Source of the DNA: a virus
Taxonomy: Duplodnaviria; Caudoviricetes
IMG/VR virus record: IMGVR_UViG_3300020045_000842
Coordinates: 1-39,619 of that record
DNA length: 39,619 nucleotides
Direction: 5' to 3' (one strand)
Positions 28,432 through 35,651 of the stretch are shown here, piece by piece. The translations under genes and the position numbers were made by a program. Under the pieces are notes generated by a model. That model saw only the letters and a program-made list of their open reading frames with translations, had not been told where the DNA came from and did no database searches. How positions within the stretch are numbered: the stretch's first letter is position 1; every line of letters begins with the position of its first letter.

Positions 28432-28932
28432 TTATTCAAGACTTGACTTTGCTGTTCTTAATTTCAATTCGTCTTGGCAGGCGTTGAGTCTTGCAACGGT
28501 TTGATTGATTCCGTCGCGTAAGGCGAAATAAGTAAGTCTAGCAGTTGAATCAAGTTCGGCGCTGGCTCCAGTATCCAAGCCGGCACCGCTTGTGCTTGTG
28601 GCGTTGAGTCCGGTATTTGGGCATTTGGCATTGATGCGCAAGCCGATAGAACCAGAGTCAAGCTTATTGCGTAAAGCGTTCGTTTCATTTCGGGCAATCT
28701 CCAATTCTTTTATGTGGGAATCGTTCGATGCTGAAAGCTTTCCGGCCAAGGTATCACGCTCACTCAAAAGCCTGTTAAAAGTGGCCTGATTAGCCTCTAG
28801 CTGCATTTGTTTTTCTTCTTGATACTTGGAGTTCAATCGCCAGCCGTTCGTCGTCCAGCCAGCGCCAAATGCAGCAATGCCCACAATTACCGCAATGATT
28901 GCCGTTGTCTGAATGCTTGGCAGGCCAATCAT
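28432..28932 (-). CDS. Inner-membrane spanin (Rz-like)
   Basis: N-terminal transmembrane segment, coiled coil, LRINAKC and YFALRDGI; downstream of the endolysin. Confidence 0.85.
   Translation of the reverse strand: MIGLPSIQTTAIIAVIVGIAAFGAGWTTNGWRLNSKYQEEKQMQLEANQATFNRLLSERDTLAGKLSASNDSHIKELEIARNETNALRNKLDSGSIGLRINAKCPNTGLNATSTSGAGLDTGASAELDSTARLTYFALRDGINQTVARLNACQDELKLRTAKSSLE
28464..28688 (-). CDS. Outer-membrane spanin lipoprotein (Rz1-like), fully embedded in Rz
   Basis: MKRTLYAISLTLVLSA-C lipobox; Pro-rich, PAWILEPAPNL; alternative frame inside Rz. Confidence 0.85.
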   Translation of the reverse strand: MKRTLYAISLTLVLSACASMPNAQIPDSTPQAQAVPAWILEPAPNLIQLLDLLISPYATESIKPLQDSTPAKTN

Positions 28933-29393
28933 GCCAAAACCCCGCCGAATTCGACAAACTTATTACGCAACTTGTCAAGCTTGTTTTCATGCTGTCCGTA
29001 ACCAGCGCCAGGAAACGAAGCCCAAATGTTTGAAACTTTTCCGGCAGCAATATCAAAACGGCCTGCGATAACGTCGTTGATTGCTCGTTGCTCGCGAATC
29101 ATTTGCACGGCGATTGCGTCTTGAGAAATTGGCGAGAAATCAGGCAAAGAAAGCATCTTCTTATACGCTGTGAAATATCGCAAAAGAACTTGATAACGGC
29201 CTGCCGCTGTAGATTTGATCTTCAGCTTCGGCAAATCAACAACAATTTTTGGATGATCTTCGTAACTGTCAAACAACTTACCGCCGACAATTACATTATA
29301 ACCTTCGTCGCCTAAATCAATTGTTCCTTCGCTGAATGCAATTGTGTCAAGAAATGCAGCAACGTTTCTATCAAGATTCTGAGTCCGTGCCAT
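28929..29393 (-). CDS. Endolysin, lambda R-type lytic transglycosylase
   Basis: AFLDTIAFSEGT, STAAGRYQ, DFSPISQD and IWASFPGAGYGQHE motifs; GGAG RBS spacing favours ATG 29393. Confidence 0.92.
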   Translation of the reverse strand: MARTQNLDRNVAAFLDTIAFSEGTIDLGDEGYNVIVGGKLFDSYEDHPKIVVDLPKLKIKSTAAGRYQVLLRYFTAYKKMLSLPDFSPISQDAIAVQMIREQRAINDVIAGRFDIAAGKVSNIWASFPGAGYGQHENKLDKLRNKFVEFGGVLA

Positions 29394-29775
29394 CTTCATT
29401 ACTCCGTCTGTCTTCAATTCTACGTTCTTCAGGGATTCCGAAAATTCGGTCACGCATTTTTTCAAAGCTGGCGATTGCTCGCGTTCCCATGTGACCAGAA
29501 ACAGCAATTAGTATAGCAGACATTGCGCCTGAAACATTGGAGTATTCACAGAAGAAGTGTGTTAGCAAACCTGCAAACGAACTTATTACAAGATCGAACG
29601 CCAAATCTCGCCAACTGAAGCGGCTCTTGTGTATTCGCAACTTCTGAATGTATGAAACAACGCCGCCCCAACAGGAAAGAAACAGCGTAGAAAAGTAAGG
29701 AAGGATTTGCCTGAATGTTTCAACAAGTCCGGTTAAGTTGTTCGGGTCTTTTTCAGGCATTTTGCTTGATTCCAT
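29371..29775 (-). CDS. Holin
   Basis: MPEKDP start, three hydrophobic segments, SGHMGTRAI, charged C-terminus; upstream of the endolysin. Confidence 0.85.
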   Translation of the reverse strand: MESSKMPEKDPNNLTGLVETFRQILPYFSTLFLSCWGGVVSYIQKLRIHKSRFSWRDLAFDLVISSFAGLLTHFFCEYSNVSGAMSAILIAVSGHMGTRAIASFEKMRDRIFGIPEERRIEDRRSNEDGTDSES

Positions 29776-29832
29776 TTTTACAATTCCGTTTGACGGTAAA
29801 TCGTTTGCGGGATTATAAACACAACATCAGAC

Positions 29833-29865
29833 AAAAAGAAAGCCTGATGTTTAGTCAGGCTTTCT
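29833..29865 (-). terminator. Rho-independent terminator separating early genes from the lysis/late operon
   Basis: Minus strand AGAAAGCCTGA...TCAGGCTTTCT followed by T residues. Confidence 0.75.
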
Positions 29866-29906
29866 AGTCTCGGTCGTTCCCGAGTGTCAGGCTTGCGCCT
29901 TCCTAA

Positions 29907-30503
29907 TTATACAGAGCGCCAAACGCGAGCGCCTTTGATACCGTTTTCTTCAACTGAACGCACGACAAACTTGCGCGTTTCTTGCATGACTTCAACATCT
30001 TCACCCTTGCGGTTCTTCTTCACCGCACCAGTCGGCACAGCAAAGCGCTTTGTTGCACCGGATACAGTAGATGCTAGAGTCTTTGCAGGATTCGGCTTTG
30101 CTTCAGTTGCAGCGACAAAGAACGACTGGCCGACTTCCATGACTGCAAACGGGTACATCTCGTTTTTGTGACCGCCGCGCTTGATCGTCGGCACCGGGAC
30201 ATTGGCTTCAAGAACAAACTTACCAGCGGCAACGGGCGCGACATTGGGCAACTCGTATTGTGTTTCGACTTTGGTATTAACTTCGTCAATCCCCTTTTGC
30301 GTTGCGCGAGTGGCAATCCAGCCGTTTGCATCCATCAGTTCGGGGTTCAATTCGACAAGTTCGGCTTCGATCAGCGGCACATGCACATCAGCAGGCGTGT
30401 ACAAAAAGCCGACTTCGCCAATGGAAGCGGCAACGATTTCGGCCAGGGTAATAGCACAAACAACAGCAACGGTCTTTGCGGGTTTCTTTGCCATGATTTT
30501 CAC
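29907..30503 (-). CDS. Hypothetical, possibly DNA-binding protein
   Basis: AAGGAG RBS and own promoter; C-terminal YPFAVMEVGQSFFV...GARVWR domain. Start is GTG 30503 or ATG 30494. Confidence 0.7.
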   Translation of the reverse strand: MKIMAKKPAKTVAVVCAITLAEIVAASIGEVGFLYTPADVHVPLIEAELVELNPELMDANGWIATRATQKGIDEVNTKVETQYELPNVAPVAAGKFVLEANVPVPTIKRGGHKNEMYPFAVMEVGQSFFVAATEAKPNPAKTLASTVSGATKRFAVPTGAVKKNRKGEDVEVMQETRKFVVRSVEENGIKGARVWRSV

Positions 30504-30545
30504 AACTCCTTAAATTAAGTTAAACAACGTTTATAACGAAGCTTG

Positions 30546-30573
30546 ATTTTACTATGTCAATTATTGTTGTCAA
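30546..30573 (-). promoter_or_regulatory. Sigma70-like promoter
   Basis: TTGACA-N16-TAAAAT with TAATTGAC in the spacer. Confidence 0.55.
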
Positions 30574-30749
30574 GACCTAAAGCAAACTATTTTGTAATTT
30601 TGTTTGAAATCAGGCCAAACATGTTCTTTGACGTTGTAGCAATACTCTTCTTCTTGCGCAACTTCGTCGTCAAAGCTTGCAATGCCCACATACACAACAG
30701 CCAACAAAAGCAGGAAGCAAACGAAAGCGGCTTTTATGTAAAGATTCAT
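30570..30749 (-). CDS. Small membrane-anchored protein
   Basis: AGGAG RBS; MNLYIKAAFVCFLLLLAVVYVGIAS transmembrane segment, then YCYNVKEHVWPDF. Confidence 0.6.
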   Translation of the reverse strand: MNLYIKAAFVCFLLLLAVVYVGIASFDDEVAQEEEYCYNVKEHVWPDFKQNYKIVCFRS

Positions 30750-30760
30750 TTTTAATTCTC

Positions 30761-31192
30761 CTAGTAAATTGTAACTTTGATGCCAGCTTCTTCGAACACG
30801 ATAAGCGAAAGTTCGATAGACCTTGACCATTGAACAGGATTTTCAATTTTGCCGCATTGTGCAACAACGTGCTCAATGCCAGCCTGAACAATGAAACCAG
30901 CACAGTTTGCGCATGGAAACAATGGCGATACGTAAATCGTACATCCATCTACTCGTTCATGCGCTGAAAGAATTGCGTTTGCTTCAGCATGAACTGTTAG
31001 AGGATATTTTAACTCACGATCCGTCAATCGTTCAACAGTATCGGAAACTCCACGAGCAAATCCGTTGAATCCTACGCTTGCAATCGTGCGATCTGGTCGA
31101 ACGATAACCGCACCAACTTTCGTGCTTGGGTCTTTCGACCATTCTGCTACGTGTTTAGCCAGTTCGACGAATCTTTCTTGCCACTTGTCCAT
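30761..31192 (-). CDS. dCMP deaminase
   Basis: SKDPSTKVGAVI, GFNG, HAEANA and PCANC motifs; AAGGAG upstream of ATG 31192. Confidence 0.92.
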   Translation of the reverse strand: MDKWQERFVELAKHVAEWSKDPSTKVGAVIVRPDRTIASVGFNGFARGVSDTVERLTDRELKYPLTVHAEANAILSAHERVDGCTIYVSPLFPCANCAGFIVQAGIEHVVAQCGKIENPVQWSRSIELSLIVFEEAGIKVTIY

Positions 31193-31193
31193 T

Positions 31194-31373
31194 TCAATTC
31201 TCCTTGTTTTTCTTAATTCGAACACATCCCCATTCAGAAGCTTGAAACCAAAGTACATCACCGTTCTCAAGTGTAATTAGCACATCGTCGTCAGTGTGTA
31301 CCTGATCGAAATCAACAATAAGTTCAAAGCTGTTTGACTCTTCATCGCTAATTTTTGCAAAAGTAACTTGCAT
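31194..31373 (-). CDS. Small acidic hypothetical protein (59 aa, not in the ORF track)
   Basis: GGAG RBS; MQVTFAKISDEESNSFELIVDFDQ...KNKEN; ends just before the deaminase start. Confidence 0.6.
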   Translation of the reverse strand: MQVTFAKISDEESNSFELIVDFDQVHTDDDVLITLENGDVLWFQASEWGCVRIKKNKEN

Positions 31374-31467
31374 TCAATTCTCCAAATAAAAAGTGAAGGC
31401 TTTTCACCCTCTTGGCCGGTACGATTCGGCTCGTTGCAGTCGTGAAGTTCGCCCTTAGGTTACTAAA

Positions 31468-31623
31468 TCATGCTGCTCGACGTTTTAAACTTTTTATGCT
31501 TTCTTTCTCAAATAAACGTTCAATGAGCCTTACGTCCTTTTTAGCCTGTTCGTTTCCAGCAAAAGCTAATTTGTACAAATGTTTACTAGCTTGATTCAAA
31601 GCATACTTTGTCTTTTGTTTCAT
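31468..31623 (-). CDS. Small basic hypothetical protein (51 aa, not in the ORF track)
   Basis: AAGGA RBS downstream of a consensus promoter; MKQKTKYALNQASKHLYKLAF... Confidence 0.6.
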   Translation of the reverse strand: MKQKTKYALNQASKHLYKLAFAGNEQAKKDVRLIERLFEKESIKSLKRRAA

Positions 31624-31655
31624 TTCGTTCTTCCTTGTTCGTTGTCGATGTGTTG

Positions 31656-31683
31656 ATTATACGTCAATTATTCGACTTGTCAA
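31656..31683 (-). promoter_or_regulatory. Sigma70 consensus promoter
   Basis: TTGACA-N16-TATAAT with TAATTGACG in the spacer. Confidence 0.75.
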
Positions 31684-31886
31684 GCGTTATTTGTTGCTTT
31701 CTTAACTAAATCTAAAATTCCGTCGCAAGTCGTTCGCTTGCCAATGAACGTATTCTTTACAGCACCAATACGATACAACAAATATTCTTTGCCTTTATCA
31801 ACAATGAAGCAATTGCCTTCTTTAGCAATAAACTTCGCCTGTTTAAACTTCGCTAAGTCTGTGTAAAGTCTTGTCATATCATTCAC
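31680..31886 (-). CDS. Hypothetical protein
   Basis: 68 aa ORF contiguous with neighbouring genes. Confidence 0.55.
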   Translation of the reverse strand: MNDMTRLYTDLAKFKQAKFIAKEGNCFIVDKGKEYLLYRIGAVKNTFIGKRTTCDGILDLVKKATNNA

Positions 31887-32019
31887 TTTCCCAAATTACA
31901 AAATTATCTTCACACTTCTGAAGCTCTGCAATCAGTGCTAAAGATGCTTTCTTTTCGGCATCTTGTTCGCTGTCAGCTTCTACTTCGATTGTTCGCTCAA
32001 TTAAGCATGAATAAATCAT
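31879..32019 (-). CDS. Small hypothetical protein (46 aa, not in the ORF track)
   Basis: MIYSCLIERTIEVEADSEQDAEKKA, a common phage EVEAxSxxxA pattern; GGAG upstream. Confidence 0.55.
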   Translation of the reverse strand: MIYSCLIERTIEVEADSEQDAEKKASLALIAELQKCEDNFVIWESE

Positions 32020-32020
32020 A

Positions 32021-32443
32021 TCATTGCTCCAAGTATTGTTCTATAATTTTAACAGCTTCTTCCCATGAATAGCAACAACACCAGCCGTAACCTTGCGACT
32101 TAACAAACACGCCAAACTCTATTTGTTCGTCAGACAATCCGCCTTTGCTTCCTTCACGTTTCGGTCTTTCGCTTGGTTTCTTCATTTCGATGTAAAGACC
32201 TGACCAGGAGCCACGACGAACCGGCAAGAAAACATCAGCCACACCAACACGCACACCCTGTGCTTTCAACTGACCGCCGCGAATAGCCCTTGACTGTGCG
32301 CTATCGCCTCTGCTGCCTCCGTTCGGTATGTGATGCAGCCACTTCAATTCAGGCCAGCGTTTGGCATTTAGAGCAGCCCATGCAAATAGTGCAGTCTGAT
32401 GCGAAGCTTCAGAATCTTTGGCTAAGTTTTTTGGTGAAATCAT
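32021..32443 (-). CDS. VRR-NUC domain nuclease
   Basis: EASHQ, HIPNGG, GVRVGVADVFL, LYIEMK and LSDEQ motifs. Confidence 0.9.
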   Translation of the reverse strand: MISPKNLAKDSEASHQTALFAWAALNAKRWPELKWLHHIPNGGSRGDSAQSRAIRGGQLKAQGVRVGVADVFLPVRRGSWSGLYIEMKKPSERPKREGSKGGLSDEQIEFGVFVKSQGYGWCCCYSWEEAVKIIEQYLEQ

Positions 32444-32552
32444 TTTGTACTAATCTAAAGATGAATTAGTAATTGACGCAATCTCTACCCATGGGTCGAT
32501 TTAGAACTGATGACGTACTAAAAGTGTTATGCGTCATGATGCCTACTTAGCG

Positions 32553-32916
32553 TTCGGCGTCAGGCTGCACATGCCTGTTTCGCCAGTAACTTGCTATCTT
32601 CAGGCCGCGCTTTCAGATGCAGCGTTTCACTCTTCCCGTAGCATCCGCTGGAATCCACGAATCCTGCGGCTATTGGCACGCGCCTTACCCGTTTCCAGTT
32701 CCCGTGCGTCTGGTCTTTAATGCGCCCAAGCACTTCAGCCATCGCGTCGTGGTCAATGCTCCGTGGGAATTGAAACAACTCTTCGTTTCCATCTTCATCA
32801 ACCGTTGTCACAAATTTCATGCTCTCTTCCTTTCACGTCGAACCCAACATTCCAGCCGACCGGGTCAAGCTTATTGTGTTTCGGTTCCCGCCTCGCGCGG
32901 CGGGCTGATTTTTGCG
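32553..32916 (+). mobile_element. Integron-type gene cassette (364 bp) with its gene in reverse orientation
   Basis: Bounded by G/TTCGGC cores at 32552 and 32916 (13-bp direct repeat GCGTTCGGCGTCA); carries one ORF and an attC-like site; visibly GC-richer than its flanks. Confidence 0.6.
32560..32820 (-). CDS. Hypothetical protein (cassette-borne)
   Basis: AAGGAAGAG RBS; 86 aa with PIAAGFV...CYGKSETL. Confidence 0.7.
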   Translation of the reverse strand: MKFVTTVDEDGNEELFQFPRSIDHDAMAEVLGRIKDQTHGNWKRVRRVPIAAGFVDSSGCYGKSETLHLKARPEDSKLLAKQACAA

Positions 32917-32922
32917 TTCGGC
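32837..32922 (+). other. attC (59-base element)-like recombination site
   Basis: R'' GTCGAAC, 5-nt spacer, L'' ATTCCAGC ... L' GCTGATT, 5-nt spacer, R' GTTCGGC, with one extra C in L''. Confidence 0.7.
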
Positions 32923-33224
32923 GTCACTATTTCGACAACTTGCCGCGCCTCACTTCGGGCGTTAGAGCGCTCAATTCTTTTAGTAACTCGGCATCCTTCC
33001 CCCAAGTGACAGTCAAGCCCCGGACTTTCACATTCACAATTTACAGACTTTGTAGCCTTGTCCCTCACAAAATCAAACACATCGCCGGTTGAGCACACCC
33101 CCTCTAACAACTCAGCGTTTGTTGAGGTAACGATTACGCTGTGGTAGGGATGCACGTTTTCACAAAGCCACTGGATAAGTGGCAGCGCCGCTTTTATAAA
33201 AGACTCTTTCTGTTCTTTTGTCAT
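32871..33224 (-). CDS. Hypothetical protein whose C-terminus reads into the attC-like site
   Basis: GGAG RBS and upstream promoter; AALPLIQWLCENVHP...AELLEG core followed by a tail ending TPNAKISPP. Confidence 0.65.
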   Translation of the reverse strand: MTKEQKESFIKAALPLIQWLCENVHPYHSVIVTSTNAELLEGVCSTGDVFDFVRDKATKSVNCECESPGLDCHLGEGCRVTKRIERSNARSEARQVVEIVTPNAKISPPREAGTETQ

Positions 33225-33257
33225 GTCCAACTCTCCGTTGCAGATTTGTAAAAACTC

Positions 33258-33286
33258 AGTCTAAACTACTTCTTTAAAAATTGCAA
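33258..33286 (-). promoter_or_regulatory. Sigma70-like promoter driving the cassette region
   Basis: TTGCAA-N17-TAGACT. Confidence 0.55.
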
Positions 33287-33335
33287 GAAATTTCCTTAAG
33301 CAATTCTAATAACTTCGATGCAATTGATGCCCACG

Positions 33336-33608
33336 TTAAGCGATTCGCGCCACTTCAAAAAGCTTGTAGTCTTTGTGTTTTATAACGGTAAATTTCTTTC
33401 CGGTTTTCTTACCGTGATTTGATGATGTTATACGTAAAGAAGCTTCAAAAGCGTCATCGACAGAAATTGCAAAACAGTATCCAATTTTCAGCTCATCAAA
33501 CGGATACTTTGTTCGATGATGATCGTTTATGAAAGTTCCTTTGTCATCGTCGTAGTTTTTTATCTTCGCCTTAGCTTCAGGAGAAGCTTCTGTAATTTGA
33601 ATTTTCAT
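33336..33608 (-). CDS. Hypothetical, possibly DNA-binding protein
   Basis: YPFDELKIGYCFAI...FEVARIA resembles the C-terminal domain of 29907-30503. Confidence 0.7.
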   Translation of the reverse strand: MKIQITEASPEAKAKIKNYDDDKGTFINDHHRTKYPFDELKIGYCFAISVDDAFEASLRITSSNHGKKTGKKFTVIKHKDYKLFEVARIA

Positions 33609-33633
33609 GTCGGTTCCTAGTTAGCAAAACCTT

Positions 33634-33663
33634 AGCATATCATTCTTATTAAAGCAAAGTCAA
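33634..33663 (-). promoter_or_regulatory. Sigma70-like promoter
   Basis: TTGACT-N18-TATGCT. Confidence 0.45.
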
Positions 33664-34020
33664 GCAGTTTATTATCTTATTAATTGAAAACAGTCAATCT
33701 TAACAAAAGTCATATAAGTAACGTTATACTGTGATAAGCCATTTTCGTACAGGCTATTCCTTGTGTACTATAGAAAAAAGAAGAATTTAACAAATATAAT
33801 ACTACCTTCTTTACTTAATATATTAATTAGGCTAATAAGTATATTAAGCTATCCTCCCCAGACTACCTTAAACGTTAAATATGCCAAACGTTCAACACAA
33901 ACAACTGATTTTAAACATAATTTTTTATTCGGCTATTAAATTCACCGTTAAATATTTCAGAAAATTCATTTAAAATCAGCATGTTATCTTATTTGACTCG
34001 GTTTTTAGAGTCATTGACGA
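33664..34020. other. AT-rich non-coding region, candidate replication origin
   Basis: Largest ORF-free stretch of the genome, strongly AT-rich, with short direct and inverted repeats. Confidence 0.4.
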
Positions 34021-34024
34021 ACTA

Positions 34025-34264
34025 TCAACGAATAACAACTCTCAACAAATCATCAATCTTGTAATGCAATCTAGTTGTGCGATTGTCCGAACAACAAGAC
34101 GAATATGCGCGAATGATCTTATTCAAACTATCAGCGCATAGATCAGCCGAAACTTTAGAAGGCGCTCTCCAAACAACAAACGAATCAATCGAATCTTCCA
34201 CAAGCATCACATCAAAAAATTCCTCTTGGCCTGTCTTTTCTGCCTTGATAACTTCGAATCTCAT
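34025..34264 (-). CDS. Hypothetical protein
   Basis: AGGTGA upstream of ATG 34264; part of the early operon. Confidence 0.55.
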   Translation of the reverse strand: MRFEVIKAEKTGQEEFFDVMLVEDSIDSFVVWRAPSKVSADLCADSLNKIIRAYSSCCSDNRTTRLHYKIDDLLRVVIR

Positions 34265-34269
34265 TTTTC

Positions 34270-34536
34270 TCACCTTTCAATCGGGTTAATTGTGGGCAGC
34301 AAATCGTTTGCGCGGCTCGCTGGCTGCGTTAAAAATTTTTTCTGATGGGTACGTATAGCCAGCGCTTTAATAATCGCTTGGCGGCCTTCTGTGCAGGTTA
34401 ATACAACGGAATGAAAAACGACCCAGTTGCCCGAGTCGTCTAAACGGTAGCGAGTCCATTTTACTTTGTGACGTTTGCCCACAATAACCGCTTGTGGCTC
34501 GTAACGACTACCGGACTGTTGAAAAGCTTTGAGCAT
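34270..34536 (-). CDS. Hypothetical protein
   Basis: AGGAGG RBS; 88 aa. Confidence 0.55.
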   Translation of the reverse strand: MLKAFQQSGSRYEPQAVIVGKRHKVKWTRYRLDDSGNWVVFHSVVLTCTEGRQAIIKALAIRTHQKKFLTQPASRANDLLPTINPIER

Positions 34537-34691
34537 TTTGCTTGCCTCCTGGTTTCAAATCGCAAAGCTGCAAGGTAAAGCGTCATCTGTCTAGGCGTTG
34601 AGTAAAAAGCAATGTCTCGACTCACAACACCTGTTTCGCAGTAAATCTTCGCTGCTTTTACTGCGGCTGTTGCTTCTTTACTTGCTTTCAT
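34461..34691 (-). CDS. Hypothetical protein
   Basis: ATGA overlap with the upstream stop; overlaps the next gene by 76 nt. Confidence 0.45.
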   Translation of the reverse strand: MKASKEATAAVKAAKIYCETGVVSRDIAFYSTPRQMTLYLAALRFETRRQAKCSKLFNSPVVVTSHKRLLWANVTK

Positions 34692-34831
34692 GGCAAAAGC
34701 CACAAAGTAACAGAACCAATAAGAACAATGCTTATTATAATAGCAACAACTATGTCAATAATTCGTATTGTATCTTCATTAGTAGCGTTAAGCTCTTGGA
34801 TAAGTTTATCGCGGTCTGTCGGTTGTTTCAT
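34688..34831 (-). CDS. Small membrane protein (47 aa, not in the ORF track)
   Basis: MKQPTDRDKLIQELN...IVVAIIISIVLIGSVTLWLLP; ATGA overlaps at both ends. Confidence 0.6.
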   Translation of the reverse strand: MKQPTDRDKLIQELNATNEDTIRIIDIVVAIIISIVLIGSVTLWLLP

Positions 34832-35007
34832 TTCCTTTCCCCTATAAACTTAGTCAAAAGTTTCACTTGAGACTCGCGAAAATTCACCATTGCACAGGCG
34901 TATTCACGATCTTGCAATGCTTTGAGCAAACCTTCTTCAGCATCGGCCAGATTCTTATTGGCAATTTGCAAGGCGGTTGGATGTTGGTCAAAAAATGGGA
35001 AGTTCAT
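34828..35007 (-). CDS. Small hypothetical protein (59 aa, not in the ORF track)
   Basis: AAGGA RBS; MNFPFFDQHPTALQIANKNLADAEEGLL... Confidence 0.6.
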   Translation of the reverse strand: MNFPFFDQHPTALQIANKNLADAEEGLLKALQDREYACAMVNFRESQVKLLTKFIGERK

Positions 35008-35040
35008 TTTGTAAATCCTTTCTTTGGTTAAAAGTTAAAA

Positions 35041-35271
35041 TTAGCCTAGTTTCCAGTATTTTTCCATTGTGTTCAGCAACAATTGTAAAGCTTTTGTTTT
35101 ACTGACGCCTTGACTTGCAAAACGCATTTGAGCCGCATCGACTTGATAACCTTTAGAAAACATAACAATGAAACGATCTTTTTCTTCAATGAACTTTACG
35201 CACATGCAATGCTGTTTGACTGCTGCTTTTGCTGCCTCAAGTTCTTTTACATTGTCTTGAACGTTTTGCAT
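35041..35271 (-). CDS. Hypothetical protein
   Basis: GAGGA RBS downstream of a promoter; 76 aa. Confidence 0.65.
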   Translation of the reverse strand: MQNVQDNVKELEAAKAAVKQHCMCVKFIEEKDRFIVMFSKGYQVDAAQMRFASQGVSKTKALQLLLNTMEKYWKLG

Positions 35272-35307
35272 TTCGTTTCCTCTTTGTGTTTCGGTTGGTA
35301 TGTACGT

Positions 35308-35336
35308 ATCTTAGTTCGTCAATTAATCGTTGTCAA
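35308..35336 (-). promoter_or_regulatory. Sigma70-like promoter
   Basis: TTGACA-N17-TAAGAT with TAATTGACG in the spacer. Confidence 0.7.
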
Positions 35337-35366
35337 GTTCTTTTTGAAATATTTTTAACTTACATG

Positions 35367-35388
35367 AAAAAACCCGCCGAAGCGGGTT
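35367..35388 (-). terminator. Rho-independent terminator
   Basis: Minus strand AACCCGC-TTCG-GCGGGTT followed by TTTT. Confidence 0.85.
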
Positions 35389-35422
35389 GCTGATTAGAAA
35401 ATGTTGCTGGAAAGTTCGCCTG

Positions 35423-35638
35423 TTATATCTTCGCCCATAATCCGCCTTTCCAGCAAAACAATTCCTCAGCCCCAGGCCTGCATTCTGCGCTTGCATGAAT
35501 TTCTCCGATGGTGGCTTTTCGGTACCCACGATTGTTTGCCGCCAGTTCAAGCGATGCAAACCCGTCAGAAGTGACATATACACGATTGCTTTCCTCGCGT
35601 CGCTCATTGTCGTACTTGTTGTATAGGCAAATTGCCAT
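35423..35638 (-). CDS. Hypothetical protein
   Basis: ATG 35638 follows the upstream stop; ends just before the terminator. Confidence 0.55.
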   Translation of the reverse strand: MAICLYNKYDNERREESNRVYVTSDGFASLELAANNRGYRKATIGEIHASAECRPGAEELFCWKGGLWAKI

Positions 35639-35651
35639 GACAAAAAGCCGC

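Noticed and set aside
29391-29399. Met-Lys-Met dual start on the endolysin
   Set aside because: The first ATG is only 2 nt from the GGAG, so the second ATG is the likely sole start.
31385-31467. tRNA or hammerhead ribozyme
   Set aside because: No cloverleaf, T-loop or CCA end, and no CUGAUGA/GAAA core in the right arrangement.
32510-32537. Canonical dif site
   Set aside because: Only one arm resembles the XerC arm; there is no TTATGTTAAAT-like XerD arm. Kept only as a generic recombinase-type site.
33102-33108. CTCTAAC as the R'' partner of GTTAGAG (32961)
   Set aside because: It encodes part of ELLEG in the protein core and is not followed by recognisable L boxes.
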